Counted from the first letter of the stretch, positions 1 through 8,891 are shown. The stretch: DNA of 64,000 bases from an uncultured Thermoplasmatales archaeon (GCA_964581775.1 CAZOQA010000002.1:21125-85124); one strand, 5' to 3'. Translations and numbers: made by a program. Notes: a model not told the origin generated them from the sequence alone.

Positions 1-2137
1 CCTCGTCCTCCTCGACGGCCCGGAGGAATGCGTCCTTCTCCAGCGCGCTCACGTCACCGTCCTCGACCATCTGGCGAGCTTTCGTGACGAGTCCATAGGG
101 CAGGAACGCGAACTCCCCCTCCAGCGCGCTCGTCCGAAGCTGGCCCCGAAGCTCCTCGGCCCGGTTCTCGATCACGGGCACCTGATCCTCGCGAAGGTAG
201 CCGTCCAGCGCCAGCGACCGGGCCCGCGCCTTGCGCGTGTCGAGGAAGGCCTCGCACTCGCTGGGTTGGTCCCCCATCTCCTCGAAGCCGGTCTCGAGCG
301 TCTCGAGCTCGTCTTCGAGGTTGGAGCGTTTGCGGTATCGGCGGCCTGCCGTGATCACGCCGCCGCCGAGCGCCAGCGCGATGCCGATCACGCCGAACGT
401 CATGTCCTGGTTGTCCTCTTCGAAGCGCTCGGAGATCCAGTTGGGCTCGGTGGGCGCCTCCTGCCCGACGTGGAAGGTCTGCGTGGTCGAGGCGGTCTGG
501 TTCCCGTTCGCCACCCAGAAGCGGGCGGTGATGTCCCCGTCCTCTTCGTACGTGTGGTTGAGGGTTGGGCCCTCCTGCCAGGGGGTCGTGGTGCCATCCC
601 CCCACTCGGCCCGGAACCTCGTCGCCTCCCCCAACGCACCGGGCTCTGTGGAGGAGAGGTTCACCGTCGTCTCCTCCCCCGTCTGGGGATACGCCGTCGA
701 GACCTGCACGACAGGTTTCAGGGAGGCAGCCGTCGACCCGATCACACGCAGCGTCGCATCGGTGCCCGCAACGACCATCACCCCGTCGCCGAGGGCGAAC
801 GAGAAGCGGGTGGAATCCTCGCTCCCCTGGGGCTCGAACACCTGGCTCCACAGCGGTGCCCCGGTCTCCGCGTCGAACGCGTAGGCTTGGCTATGGTCGA
901 ACCCCTTCTCGTGCGCAAGGGTGTAGAGCGTGTCGTCTGCCACGACCAGCGACCCGGAGACAAGCTCCTGATCGGTCGCCACGGACACCCGCCAGGATTC
1001 GGCGCCCGTTTCCGCGTCGAACCGGTAGACCGACTGCGCCGATGCCGCGTAGAGGGTCCCATCTGACAGGGCCGAGGCGGGACCGATGAAGCGGTCCGGC
1101 GCCGCGTCCGCGCCGCCGATTTGTCTGGCCCAGTTCACCTGGGGCTCATCCTGGAGAGGGTTGATGTACTGGAGCGTCCCGGCGATGTTGGGATACACCA
1201 CGCGGGGGGTCGCCGTGACCCGGGGGGCAAGCTTGGGGAACGCCCCGTCGTTGCCCAGCTCCTCGTTCCCGTCGCCGGTCCCCACGTCCGTTGAGTTCTT
1301 CCAGCGAATCTCGCCCGAGTCCGTCGATACCGCCCAAAGGGTGTACGTCGTCGGCACGGTGCAGGCGCTAAAGACGACTGCGGGGACGCATGCTTGGTAG
1401 GTCTCGACCGTGATCGGGTACACGAGATCCCCGCTGAAGCTGACACCGAGCGACCACGACGTCGGCTCAGGCGATCCTTCCACACCCACGCCGAGCGCCT
1501 CCCGCTCCTCCTCGGTCGTGGTGAGCATACGGTTCCAGACCGGTTCACCCGTCTCGACCTCGACCGCCCAGATCTCCGGGTCGATCCCCTGTGACGTGTC
1601 GCCGACCCCGGCGCATGCGAGCACGACGAGATCCTCGCCCACGGCGGGTGCCTGACAGAACCGGTTGTCCCCGGAAAGCGAGGCCGCCCACGCGACCTCT
1701 CCGGTGTCAAGGTCGTAGGCCTCCAACGCGCTGCGACCTGGGACGAGGAGCTGACCGTCCACGATCGCGATGCCAGTCCAGGGGGCCCCCTCGTCCTCCA
1801 GCTCCGTGAAGAGTTCGACCTGCGCGGTCTCCAGGTCCACCTCCGCGATGCCCCGGGCCTCCCTCGACTCGTGGTCGTCGCTCGGGACGACCGGGACGTA
1901 CGCGGCGCCCTCATGGATCAAAGGTTCGGCGACGACGTCGCCCCCTCCGACCCACTGGAGGTGGTGAAGAGCGCCTGGCAGCGGGACCTCGAAGGCGGTC
2001 TCGTTCAGCCCCGGGCCCGGCTCGGGTATCGTTCCCGTTCGAGCCGCATCCGACCCGGCCTGCGTCCAACCGGCTGCACCCGCCGCGGGCACCACGAGCA
2101 TCGAACCGACGATCGCGAGCGCAAGCCAGCGGCTCAC
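1..2137 (-). CDS. Surface sensor-like protein, paralog A (PQQ-like beta-propeller + PKD + single TM + conserved cytoplasmic tail); C-terminus runs off the window
   Basis: Absent from the ORF track because it leaves the window. Manual minus-strand translation from GTG at 2137 gives 712 stop-free codons. It shows a signal-like VSRWLALAIVGSMLVVPAAGAAGW, PKD-like WGDGTTTPW..HTY, TM MTFGVIGIALALGGGVITAG and tail ECEAFLDTRKARARSL. It is collinear with the two upstream paralogs. Confidence 0.8.
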   Translation of the reverse strand, partial: MSRWLALAIVGSMLVVPAAGAAGWTQAGSDAARTGTIPEPGPGLNETAFEVPLPGALHHLQWVGGGDVVAEPLIHEGAAYVPVVPSDDHESREARGIAEVDLETAQVELFTELEDEGAPWTGIAIVDGQLLVPGRSALEAYDLDTGEVAWAASLSGDNRFCQAPAVGEDLVVLACAGVGDTSQGIDPEIWAVEVETGEPVWNRMLTTTEEEREALGVGVEGSPEPTSWSLGVSFSGDLVYPITVETYQACVPAVVFSACTVPTTYTLWAVSTDSGEIRWKNSTDVGTGDGNEELGNDGAFPKLAPRVTATPRVVYPNIAGTLQYINPLQDEPQVNWARQIGGADAAPDRFIGPASALSDGTLYAASAQSVYRFDAETGAESWRVSVATDQELVSGSLVVADDTLYTLAHEKGFDHSQAYAFDAETGAPLWSQVFEPQGSEDSTRFSFALGDGVMVVAGTDATLRVIGSTAASLKPVVQVSTAYPQTGEETTVNLSSTEPGALGEATRFRAEWGDGTTTPWQEGPTLNHTYEEDGDITARFWVANGNQTASTTQTFHVGQEAPTEPNWISERFEEDNQDMTFGVIGIALALGGGVITAGRRYRKRSNLEDELETLETGFEEMGDQPSECEAFLDTRKARARSLALDGYLREDQVPVIENRAEELRGQLRTSALEGEFAFLPYGLVTKARQMVEDGDVSALEKDAFLRAVEEDE
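306..412. repeat. 107-nt tract identical to 4774..4880 (TM/tail-coding part of paralog A)
   Basis: Character-by-character comparison: agctcgtcttcgaggttggagcgtttgcgg...cgaacgtcatgtcctggtt is identical in both copies. Flanking sequence and the middle paralog are diverged. Confidence 0.9.
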
Positions 2138-4395
2138 GCCGCTCCACCTCTGGCGTCCTCCGCGAACCAGCGGTCGAGCTGGTGGCGGACCTTCTCCTTT
2201 TGCGCCTCGCTAAGCGCCTCGTCGTCCTCGAGCAGCGTCTCGAAGGCCTCCCGCTCCCAGCCGGAGATCTTGCCATCGGCGAGCATCTTCTTGAGCGACT
2301 GCACCATCCCGTAGGGCAGGAACTGGAAGCGCTCGTCGAGCAGCGAGCTCCTCAGCTCGCGTCCCAGCTCCTCGATGCGGGATTCGATCACGCCGAACTG
2401 CTCCTCGGTGAGATCCCCGTCGAGCATGAGCGACCGGGCGCGGGCCTTGCGCGTCTCGAGGAAGGCCTCGCACTCGCCGGGGTTGTCCCTCGTATCCTCG
2501 AAGCCTGCCTCCAGCGTCTCGAGCTCCTCCTGGAGGTTCGCCTGCTTGCGCTTGCGGCGGGCCACGCCGATGGCTCCCCCGGACACGGCCACGAGGATGC
2601 CGAGCACGCCGAACGTCATGTCCTGGTTGTCCTTCTCGAAACGTTCGGCGAGCCAGGTGGGTTCCGTGGGCTCGTTTTGACCGACGTGGAAGGTCTGGGT
2701 GGTCGAGGCGGTTTGGTTGGCGTCGTTTGCGACGATGAAGCGGGCGGTCTGGTCTCCGGCGTCTGCGTAGGTGTGGTTGAGGCCTGGTTCCTCCTGCCAG
2801 TCGGTCTCGTTCCCGTCACCCCAGATCGCTTTGAAACGTGTGACGGGGCCTTGGAGGCCGGCCTCTGAGCTTGAGAGGTTCACTTGGACGGGTTCGCCTG
2901 GCTCCGGGTACGTGGTCGAGAGGTCGATGCGAGGTGAAGGGGATGCCTCCGTTTGGCCGAGGACGACGAAGGTTGTGTTCATGTTGCCGTCGTCCAGGGA
3001 CTCCACGTCCGCGTAGGCGATCAGGCCCTCGACGACGCTGAACGCATTGACGCGGTTCTCCACCTTATGCGTCCAGAGCTCTTTCCCATCGGCGGTGTCG
3101 AAGGCGTAGAGTTCTTCGACGCCCTCCGTGTTGCTCGTGGAGACGTAGATCGCCCCGGGGGTGACGACGGGGTCCAACTGGAAGCGCTGACCTTCGGAGA
3201 AGTCCAGGTTGGTGCTCCACCCGTCCTCGGGGGTCGCTTGACTGACGCGGTACACCGTTTGGGCGGACGTGCCGTAGACGCTATCATCATCGAGCGCAAC
3301 CCCCGTGGCGAAGAGGCCCTCATCTTGCGCGAAATCGGCTTCTCCGATCTCCTTTTTCCATCGCTCGTCCCCTGGCCCCAAGTTCAGCCGGTACAAGTTG
3401 CTGGCCTTGACGTAGACGCTGTCCTCCGTCACCGCCGGGTTCCCTCCTGCAGCGGGAGACTGGCTCAACCCGGAGCTTGCCGGTCCAGGGGGTGTCGGTT
3501 GGGTCATGTTCCGCGGCGGGCTGGCCCAGCGCCAGTCCACCGACCCGGTCGAAGACGGCGGGCTCTTCTCGAGGGCCCATACCCAGTACCTCGCCTGCCC
3601 CATCCCGACATCGGGCGTGTTCAAACGGGCGAAGCTGGTCTCTAGGGCTTGGACAACCACTCGGGTCTGGGAGACGGCTAGCCCCACCGGGAAGAACCCG
3701 GTGTCCTTGTATTCGGGCTGTTGGGCAGGTGGGACGGTCCCGGGGTCCCAGACCCACGCCGGTTCGCCCGTCTCGGCATCGAGCTGAGCGATCATGATGT
3801 GGGGGTACAGGTAACCCCCCTGGGTCGCGGACTGGGTCAGGGTGTCGGCCTCGTCCCGCGCCAGGCAGAGGACGGTGAGGTGGCCGCCCTCCAGGCTCAT
3901 GCGCCAGCAGCTTTCCATCTCCACCCCCTGGGATGTGCTATCGGAACTGGGAGCGGTGCCTGGCCACGTCCACTCTGAGCCGCCCGGGCCGACCGGGACA
4001 GCGTGCACGCTCCCCTGGTCCGAGACGAAGAGTGTCTCACCGTCCGTGGCCATGCTCAGCCGCGCAGCGATGTCCAGGTCTTGAGCCACCGTGGTGAGCC
4101 GGCCATCGTCCAGTCGAAGGGAGTATACTTGGTAGGTGCCATCACGGTCGTCGCCGGCCTCCCGAGCCAGGAACAGGACCTGCTCCTCGAGGATTAGCGG
4201 GGGGGCTGCGGCTTCGGCTTTCATGCTCCCGTTCAGCTGCACGCGCAGCGCCACATCTGGCCACTCGGGGCCCTCCTCGGGCTGGAACCCTGTCGCGGCG
4301 GCGTCTCCGCGCGGCTGCATCCAGGAGTCCGCGGCGACCGTCGCGCTCACGGCAAGGCAAGCCAGCAGGGCCAACACGAGGAGGGAACGTCTCAT
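2134..4395 (-). CDS. Surface sensor-like protein, paralog B (PQQ-like beta-propeller + PKD + TM + conserved cytoplasmic tail)
   Basis: ORF 2134..4422. The likely start is the ATG at 4395 (MRRSLLVLALLACLAVSATVAA signal), which overlaps the upstream stop as ATGA. PKD motif WGDGNETDW..HTY, TM MTFGVLGILVAVSGGAIGVA, tail ECEAFLETRKARARSL..FQFLPYGMVQSLK. Confidence 0.85.
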   Translation of the reverse strand: MRRSLLVLALLACLAVSATVAADSWMQPRGDAAATGFQPEEGPEWPDVALRVQLNGSMKAEAAAPPLILEEQVLFLAREAGDDRDGTYQVYSLRLDDGRLTTVAQDLDIAARLSMATDGETLFVSDQGSVHAVPVGPGGSEWTWPGTAPSSDSTSQGVEMESCWRMSLEGGHLTVLCLARDEADTLTQSATQGGYLYPHIMIAQLDAETGEPAWVWDPGTVPPAQQPEYKDTGFFPVGLAVSQTRVVVQALETSFARLNTPDVGMGQARYWVWALEKSPPSSTGSVDWRWASPPRNMTQPTPPGPASSGLSQSPAAGGNPAVTEDSVYVKASNLYRLNLGPGDERWKKEIGEADFAQDEGLFATGVALDDDSVYGTSAQTVYRVSQATPEDGWSTNLDFSEGQRFQLDPVVTPGAIYVSTSNTEGVEELYAFDTADGKELWTHKVENRVNAFSVVEGLIAYADVESLDDGNMNTTFVVLGQTEASPSPRIDLSTTYPEPGEPVQVNLSSSEAGLQGPVTRFKAIWGDGNETDWQEEPGLNHTYADAGDQTARFIVANDANQTASTTQTFHVGQNEPTEPTWLAERFEKDNQDMTFGVLGILVAVSGGAIGVARRKRKQANLQEELETLEAGFEDTRDNPGECEAFLETRKARARSLMLDGDLTEEQFGVIESRIEELGRELRSSLLDERFQFLPYGMVQSLKKMLADGKISGWEREAFETLLEDDEALSEAQKEKVRHQLDRWFAEDARGGAA

Positions 4396-6932
4396 GGGCT
4401 TGCCTCCTCGTCCGTGGACCATCGCTCCAGCAGCCCCCGGACGCGCTCCTTTTGGGCCTCGTTGAGGGTCTCATCTCGGTCGAGCAGATCCTCGAGGGTG
4501 TCCCGTTCCCACCCGTTGATGCGGCCATCGCTGAGCATGCGCTTGAGGGACTGGACCATCCCGTGGGGCAGGAACTGGAACCGTTCGTCGAGCATCCCGG
4601 AGCGCAGCTTCCCTCGCAACTCTTCGGCCCGGTTCTCGATGATGCCCACCTGGTCTTCCTTCAGGCGCCCGTCGATGGCCAGGGAGCGCGCCCGGGCTTT
4701 CCGGTTGTCGAGGAACGCTTCGCATTCCGTCGGGTGGTCTTTGGTCTCTTTGAACCCTTCTTCGAGCCCCTTTAGCTCGTCTTCGAGGTTGGAGCGTTTG
4801 CGGTATCGGCGGCCTGCCGTGATCACGCCGCCGCCGAGCGCCAGCGCGATGCCGATCACGCCGAACGTCATGTCCTGGTTATCCTGTTCGAAGCGCTCCG
4901 AGAGCCACGTGGGCTCCGCAGGTTTCTCTTCCCCCACGTGGAAGGTGAGGACCTTGCTCGCGGTCTGGTTGGCCTCGTTGCCCACCTGGACCGTCGCCTC
5001 GACATCTCCCTCTTCCTCGTAGACGTGCGAGAGCGCGGGGTCCTGCTGCCAGTCCGTCACGGTCCCGTCGCCCCAATCGACCCTGTACTCCGTGACAGGA
5101 CCCTGGGCTCCGGCCTGGGACCCAGACAGGTCCACCGTCACCGGCTCCCCCGCTTTCGGATACTCTGTGGACGCCTCCACGGTCGGCGTGGGAGAGGCGG
5201 CCGTCTCCCCGATTACGTGCAGGACCCCGTCCCAGCCCCCCCACGCGAAGAAGCCATCCCCGAACGCAGGCCCTCCAGAGCGACCGCCGCTGACCCCGGC
5301 CTCGGGGATGTTCCGCCACGTCCACTCCAGGTCCCCCGTCTGAAGGTCCCGCGCGTCGATCCCGTACCCGGCTGCAGGATGCTCGCCGGAGAAGAGCATC
5401 GTTTGAACGTAGGTCCTCTCTTCGTCCGTCACCACGGTCCCCACACCATGCCCTTCGGCGCCGGGCTCGGAATCCCTCCGGACGCGCTCCCAGTACACCT
5501 CTCCCGTCGCCGCGTCGAACCGATACACGGTCTGGGTCGAGGTCCCGATCACCGTGCCCTCCCGAAGCCCCATCCCGAGCGCGCCCCGAGCTTCGAACTC
5601 GTCCGATTCCCCTGAGGGGGTCCTCCAGTTCTCCTCCCCCGTGGCGGGGTTCATCGCCATCGGATCGTCCAGGCGGATGTACACCCGCGCTGGGTCGGAC
5701 ACGGCTGCCCCGCAGCACCAGACCTGCGTCCACTCAGCCCCGGGGAGGTACCCGACCTGATCCAGGGAGACGCGGTTGTTCGTCGTGTCCGTCTCGTGCC
5801 ACTGCGTGGTCAGCGATGCCTTGTCCAGCCCCCATAGCTCGTAGCGAACGCTGCTAGCATAGCCACCCACATCGATTGGGTTGTTTGAACTGCTGGCATA
5901 GGTTTGGAGGTACACGAAGACGCGGTCTTGGCCAACCGTCAACGTGGGGTTCCCCCCGGGGAGCCTTTCCTCTTGCCCCTGAACCGGGACCGAGGGGACG
6001 TCCACGACCGGTTGCTCGTCAGCCTGTTCGGGAGGCGCCATCTGCCGAACCCATTGCTGGGTTACGTCTCCGCTTTGAAGGTCCACAGCGACGGCCCCGA
6101 AGAACCAGCGCGTGGGAAGCCACTGGTCCTCGTTCTCCGGGTTCGAGGCAGCCTCGTACGCGATGATGGGAACGTAGGCCAGACCATCCTCGAAGACCGG
6201 CTGACCGTACTGCCTCCTGAGATCGCTCTCCTCGAGGAGCCCTTCGAACGCGGCCGCCCGCCAGGCTTCAGAGCCTTCCGGGACCTCCAGGGCCACGATC
6301 TCCCTGTCGGTAGCTTGGAGGAGAAGCTGCTGATCCGGGGTGAGGAAGCCGTGACCCGAGAGAGGGAGATCCATCACGCGCTCCTTCTCCCCGGTCGAAA
6401 CGTTCAGGCGCCAAAGAGCATCCTCAGAGAGGTCCTCCCGCCAATGCTCGTTGGCCTCCGTAACCACGTACGCGGTGTCATCTTCCAAGACGGGCGTGCC
6501 GCGGACGGTGCCGGGGAATTGAACCTCGAGCGCGGTGTCGTTCGTCGCGGGTCCTTGGAAGGGGATCTCCCCGGTGCGGGCTGGATCGTAGCCCGCCTGG
6601 GTCCACGACGCCGCGATGCTCCCCGCGGCGACCAGGAGGAGCAGCGCGATCACGGCAAGGCCCGTGACCAAAGCGATCCCCCAGCGCCGAGAGCTACCCA
6701 GGCCGTGGGGGGCTCCGACGCTGTTGCTCGTACCTTCCGCCGTGCGTCTCCCTAGCAAACCTCCGGGCCTCGACGGTCGATGGGACCTCGCGAAACTTAA
6801 GCGTAGGGGTCCCGTCGGCTGCCTGGGCCGGTTCTGAGCAGATGCAGCGGACTTCTTCCACGATCTCCGGACGGCCTCCAGGGGGGTCATGTTGCTCATC
6901 CCGTCGAGTCCCAGGTTTGCGAGGGAACTCAA
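4392..6932 (-). CDS. Surface sensor-like protein, paralog C (PQQ-like beta-propeller + PKD + TM + conserved cytoplasmic tail); start uncertain
   Basis: ORF 4392..6932 has a TTG start. The first ~58 codons use rare codons (AGA, CTA, TTA, AGT, AGG) and contain a TATA-like CTTAAG. The real start may be the in-frame TTG at 6758, just before TM WGIALVTGLAVIALLLLVAAG. PKD WGDGTVTDW..HVY; tail ECEAFLDNRKARARSL. Confidence 0.8.
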   Translation of the reverse strand: MSSLANLGLDGMSNMTPLEAVRRSWKKSAASAQNRPRQPTGPLRLSFARSHRPSRPGGLLGRRTAEGTSNSVGAPHGLGSSRRWGIALVTGLAVIALLLLVAAGSIAASWTQAGYDPARTGEIPFQGPATNDTALEVQFPGTVRGTPVLEDDTAYVVTEANEHWREDLSEDALWRLNVSTGEKERVMDLPLSGHGFLTPDQQLLLQATDREIVALEVPEGSEAWRAAAFEGLLEESDLRRQYGQPVFEDGLAYVPIIAYEAASNPENEDQWLPTRWFFGAVAVDLQSGDVTQQWVRQMAPPEQADEQPVVDVPSVPVQGQEERLPGGNPTLTVGQDRVFVYLQTYASSSNNPIDVGGYASSVRYELWGLDKASLTTQWHETDTTNNRVSLDQVGYLPGAEWTQVWCCGAAVSDPARVYIRLDDPMAMNPATGEENWRTPSGESDEFEARGALGMGLREGTVIGTSTQTVYRFDAATGEVYWERVRRDSEPGAEGHGVGTVVTDEERTYVQTMLFSGEHPAAGYGIDARDLQTGDLEWTWRNIPEAGVSGGRSGGPAFGDGFFAWGGWDGVLHVIGETAASPTPTVEASTEYPKAGEPVTVDLSGSQAGAQGPVTEYRVDWGDGTVTDWQQDPALSHVYEEEGDVEATVQVGNEANQTASKVLTFHVGEEKPAEPTWLSERFEQDNQDMTFGVIGIALALGGGVITAGRRYRKRSNLEDELKGLEEGFKETKDHPTECEAFLDNRKARARSLAIDGRLKEDQVGIIENRAEELRGKLRSGMLDERFQFLPHGMVQSLKRMLSDGRINGWERDTLEDLLDRDETLNEAQKERVRGLLERWSTDEEASP
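4774..4880. repeat. 107-nt tract identical to 306..412 (TM/tail-coding part of paralog C)
   Basis: See the partner copy at 306..412. The match is 100% over 107 nt by direct reading. Confidence 0.9.
6796..6801 (-). promoter_or_regulatory. TATA-like box (CTTAAG) inside the annotated 5' end of paralog C
   Basis: Same hexamer class as boxes found 28-33 nt upstream of other start codons here. It lies about 40 nt upstream of the in-frame TTG at 6758, which follows GGAGG. Confidence 0.3.
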
Positions 6933-7120
6933 GGCTCGCTCTGCAGTGTTCTGTCAAACCCGGGATCTCACGAGAAGGAGGGAAGCGGCGGTGACCGGCT
7001 AGGGTCTTGGGTGCCGGCCGCCGCCGCTCGCGTCTCTCGTTGCCCTCCAGAGCTGGCATCCGAGTGTCGGCCTTGAAGGGTCGGTCTGGCACTCTCGAGC
7101 AAACCCGAGGCCGGCGGTCC

Positions 7121-8866
7121 CTAGGCTTCCAGCTCGTCGGCGAGGGTGGAAAGCCGATCCCGTGTGCGCTCATCCGGCTCGTGGTCCTCGAGGCCACGCG
7201 TGGCTTGCTCGTGCGCTTGCTCGGGGCGTCCTAGTTCCTTGAGCGAAAGGGCCTTCTTCCAGGCGAGGTCCGCGAGGCGGTGCCCTGCGTCTGCGGCCTG
7301 GAAGCGCTTGGCGGCTTCCCGGTACCGTTCCAGGGCCTGCTCGTGTTCACCGCGGTGGTACCGGATGTCCCCTTTCTCGTCGAGGACGAGCCCGGCTTGG
7401 TGGTCGTTTCGGATGTCCTGGGGGTCGAAGCGTTCGAGCACGTCGAGGTACAGGTTGTGGTACCCGTCCTCGATGAGGTCGAACTCCTCCAGGTCCAGGT
7501 CGCGTTCGAGCATGGCGAGCACGCGCGAGCGGTTCCCGGCTTCGAGGAGGTGGTAGAGGGCATCCAACCGGGCCTCGAGCGTGCCCTTGGTGAGGGCGTG
7601 CTCTGCGGCCTCCTCGTGCAGGCTGGCGGGGTCCTCGAGGCGCTCGTGGAAGAACGAGCCGAGCAGGCGGTGCATGCGCAGGGTTTCCCCGTCGTCGCGG
7701 AGCAGGCGTCGGCGGCGCAGCTTGACGAGGGCTCCGCCGGGGTCGCGAGGCGTGATGGCCTCGAGGTCCTCGCGCGTGAAGGGCCCGGGGAAGATGCTGG
7801 CGTGGGCGAGCACGCCCTCTTCGGCGTCGCTGAGGTGCCGGCTGACCTCGTCGAGCAGGTAGTCTTCGGTGTCCTGGTCCGGCATGCGGTCGAGCACGGT
7901 CTCTAGCGGGTCGTCGGCCTCCGTGGCGGTCTCTGCCAGAAGGTGGACCGCTAGGGGGTGACCGCCCAGGCGTCGCTGGAGGCGGTGCGCGGTCTCGGTT
8001 GTGGTGTCCAGGCCTCGTTCCCCCAGGAGGGCGTGGACCTCTTCGGGGGCAAGCCCGGTCAAGCGGACCCGGCGCGCGTGTCGGGCGGTGGGGTCGTGCG
8101 AGGGGGCTTGGCGGCCCGTGATGACGAGCTTGCCGTCGTGGACGCGGCGGATCGCGTCCGCGAGCGCGGCCTCGAGGTCCTCGTCTCGGATCTGCTCGAC
8201 GGCGTCCAGCACGGTGACGTGGGCGCCGTCGTCGAGGGCTTCGAGCAGGAGCTCGCGTTGGTCCTCGAGGGGAGCGTTGGCTTCGATGGCGTCCATCAGC
8301 CGGGTGCGGCCGTGGCGGGCGTGGAAGACGCCCAGGCGGTGGGTCAGCCAGGTGAGCGTCTCGGTCCCGCTGAAGGTGTGGAAGAACACGGGCGTCTCGT
8401 CTTGCTTGGCCCGGGCGTAAGCGGACGCGAGGCTGGTTTTCCCGATGCCTGCGATGCCTTCCACGATGACGACGGGGTCGGGCCCGTCCAGGATCTCCAG
8501 CTCGCGGTGGCGCCCGACGAAGCCCGCGGGGTCGGGGATGCGCACGCGCAAGCGGTCGATGACCGTTCGCCGTTCGGCATCGTCCCCGTCTTCTCCCACG
8601 TCGATGGCCAACCCGCGGGCGCCGATCCGCACGCGAAGATCATCCGCGACCAGGCGGTACGTTTTCACGTTCTTCCCGTCCGTGTGCTCCCACGCGGATT
8701 CGACGAGGCCGGCCTCCTGCATGCGGGCCAACCGTCGGGACACGTCCGATTCGCTTCGGGTCAAAAGCCCGCTCAACCGGCGCGGGTGGGAGGGCTCGAT
8801 GGCCAACAGGCTCAAGATGGATTGGTTGACGGGGTTGGCCAAGGCCCGGAGCACGTCCTCCTCCAT
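7121..8866 (-). CDS. wHTH - STAND/NB-ARC-like P-loop NTPase - TPR-like helical repeat protein (putative signal-transducing regulator)
   Basis: N-terminal ArsR-like wHTH (NPVNQSILSLLAIEPSHPRRLSGLL..RRLARMQEAGLVE). Arch_ATPase-like FVGRHRELEIL, Walker A GIAGIGKTSLA and Walker B-like HVTVLDAVE. The C-terminus is helical and TPR-like (YHRGEHEQALERYREAAKRF). Confidence 0.8.
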   Translation of the reverse strand: MEEDVLRALANPVNQSILSLLAIEPSHPRRLSGLLTRSESDVSRRLARMQEAGLVESAWEHTDGKNVKTYRLVADDLRVRIGARGLAIDVGEDGDDAERRTVIDRLRVRIPDPAGFVGRHRELEILDGPDPVVIVEGIAGIGKTSLASAYARAKQDETPVFFHTFSGTETLTWLTHRLGVFHARHGRTRLMDAIEANAPLEDQRELLLEALDDGAHVTVLDAVEQIRDEDLEAALADAIRRVHDGKLVITGRQAPSHDPTARHARRVRLTGLAPEEVHALLGERGLDTTTETAHRLQRRLGGHPLAVHLLAETATEADDPLETVLDRMPDQDTEDYLLDEVSRHLSDAEEGVLAHASIFPGPFTREDLEAITPRDPGGALVKLRRRRLLRDDGETLRMHRLLGSFFHERLEDPASLHEEAAEHALTKGTLEARLDALYHLLEAGNRSRVLAMLERDLDLEEFDLIEDGYHNLYLDVLERFDPQDIRNDHQAGLVLDEKGDIRYHRGEHEQALERYREAAKRFQAADAGHRLADLAWKKALSLKELGRPEQAHEQATRGLEDHEPDERTRDRLSTLADELEA

Positions 8867-8891
8867 CGCCCCTGCCAGGCCCGCGGCGCGC

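Noticed and set aside
54-1914. ORFs 54..851(-), 231..884(+), 266..1066(+) and 1135..1914(-) at the left edge.
   Set aside because: All are alternate frames of the edge-truncated paralog A gene (1..2137, minus). That gene's frame gives a clean PKD/TM/tail architecture homologous to the two neighbours.
6933-7120. Possible small RNA or ORF in the spacer between the STAND gene and paralog C.
   Set aside because: I found no convincing stem-loop architecture, conserved motif or coding signal by eye. ORFs 6694..7197(-) and 7007..7234(+) are Arg-rich junk. It is kept only as a likely regulatory spacer.
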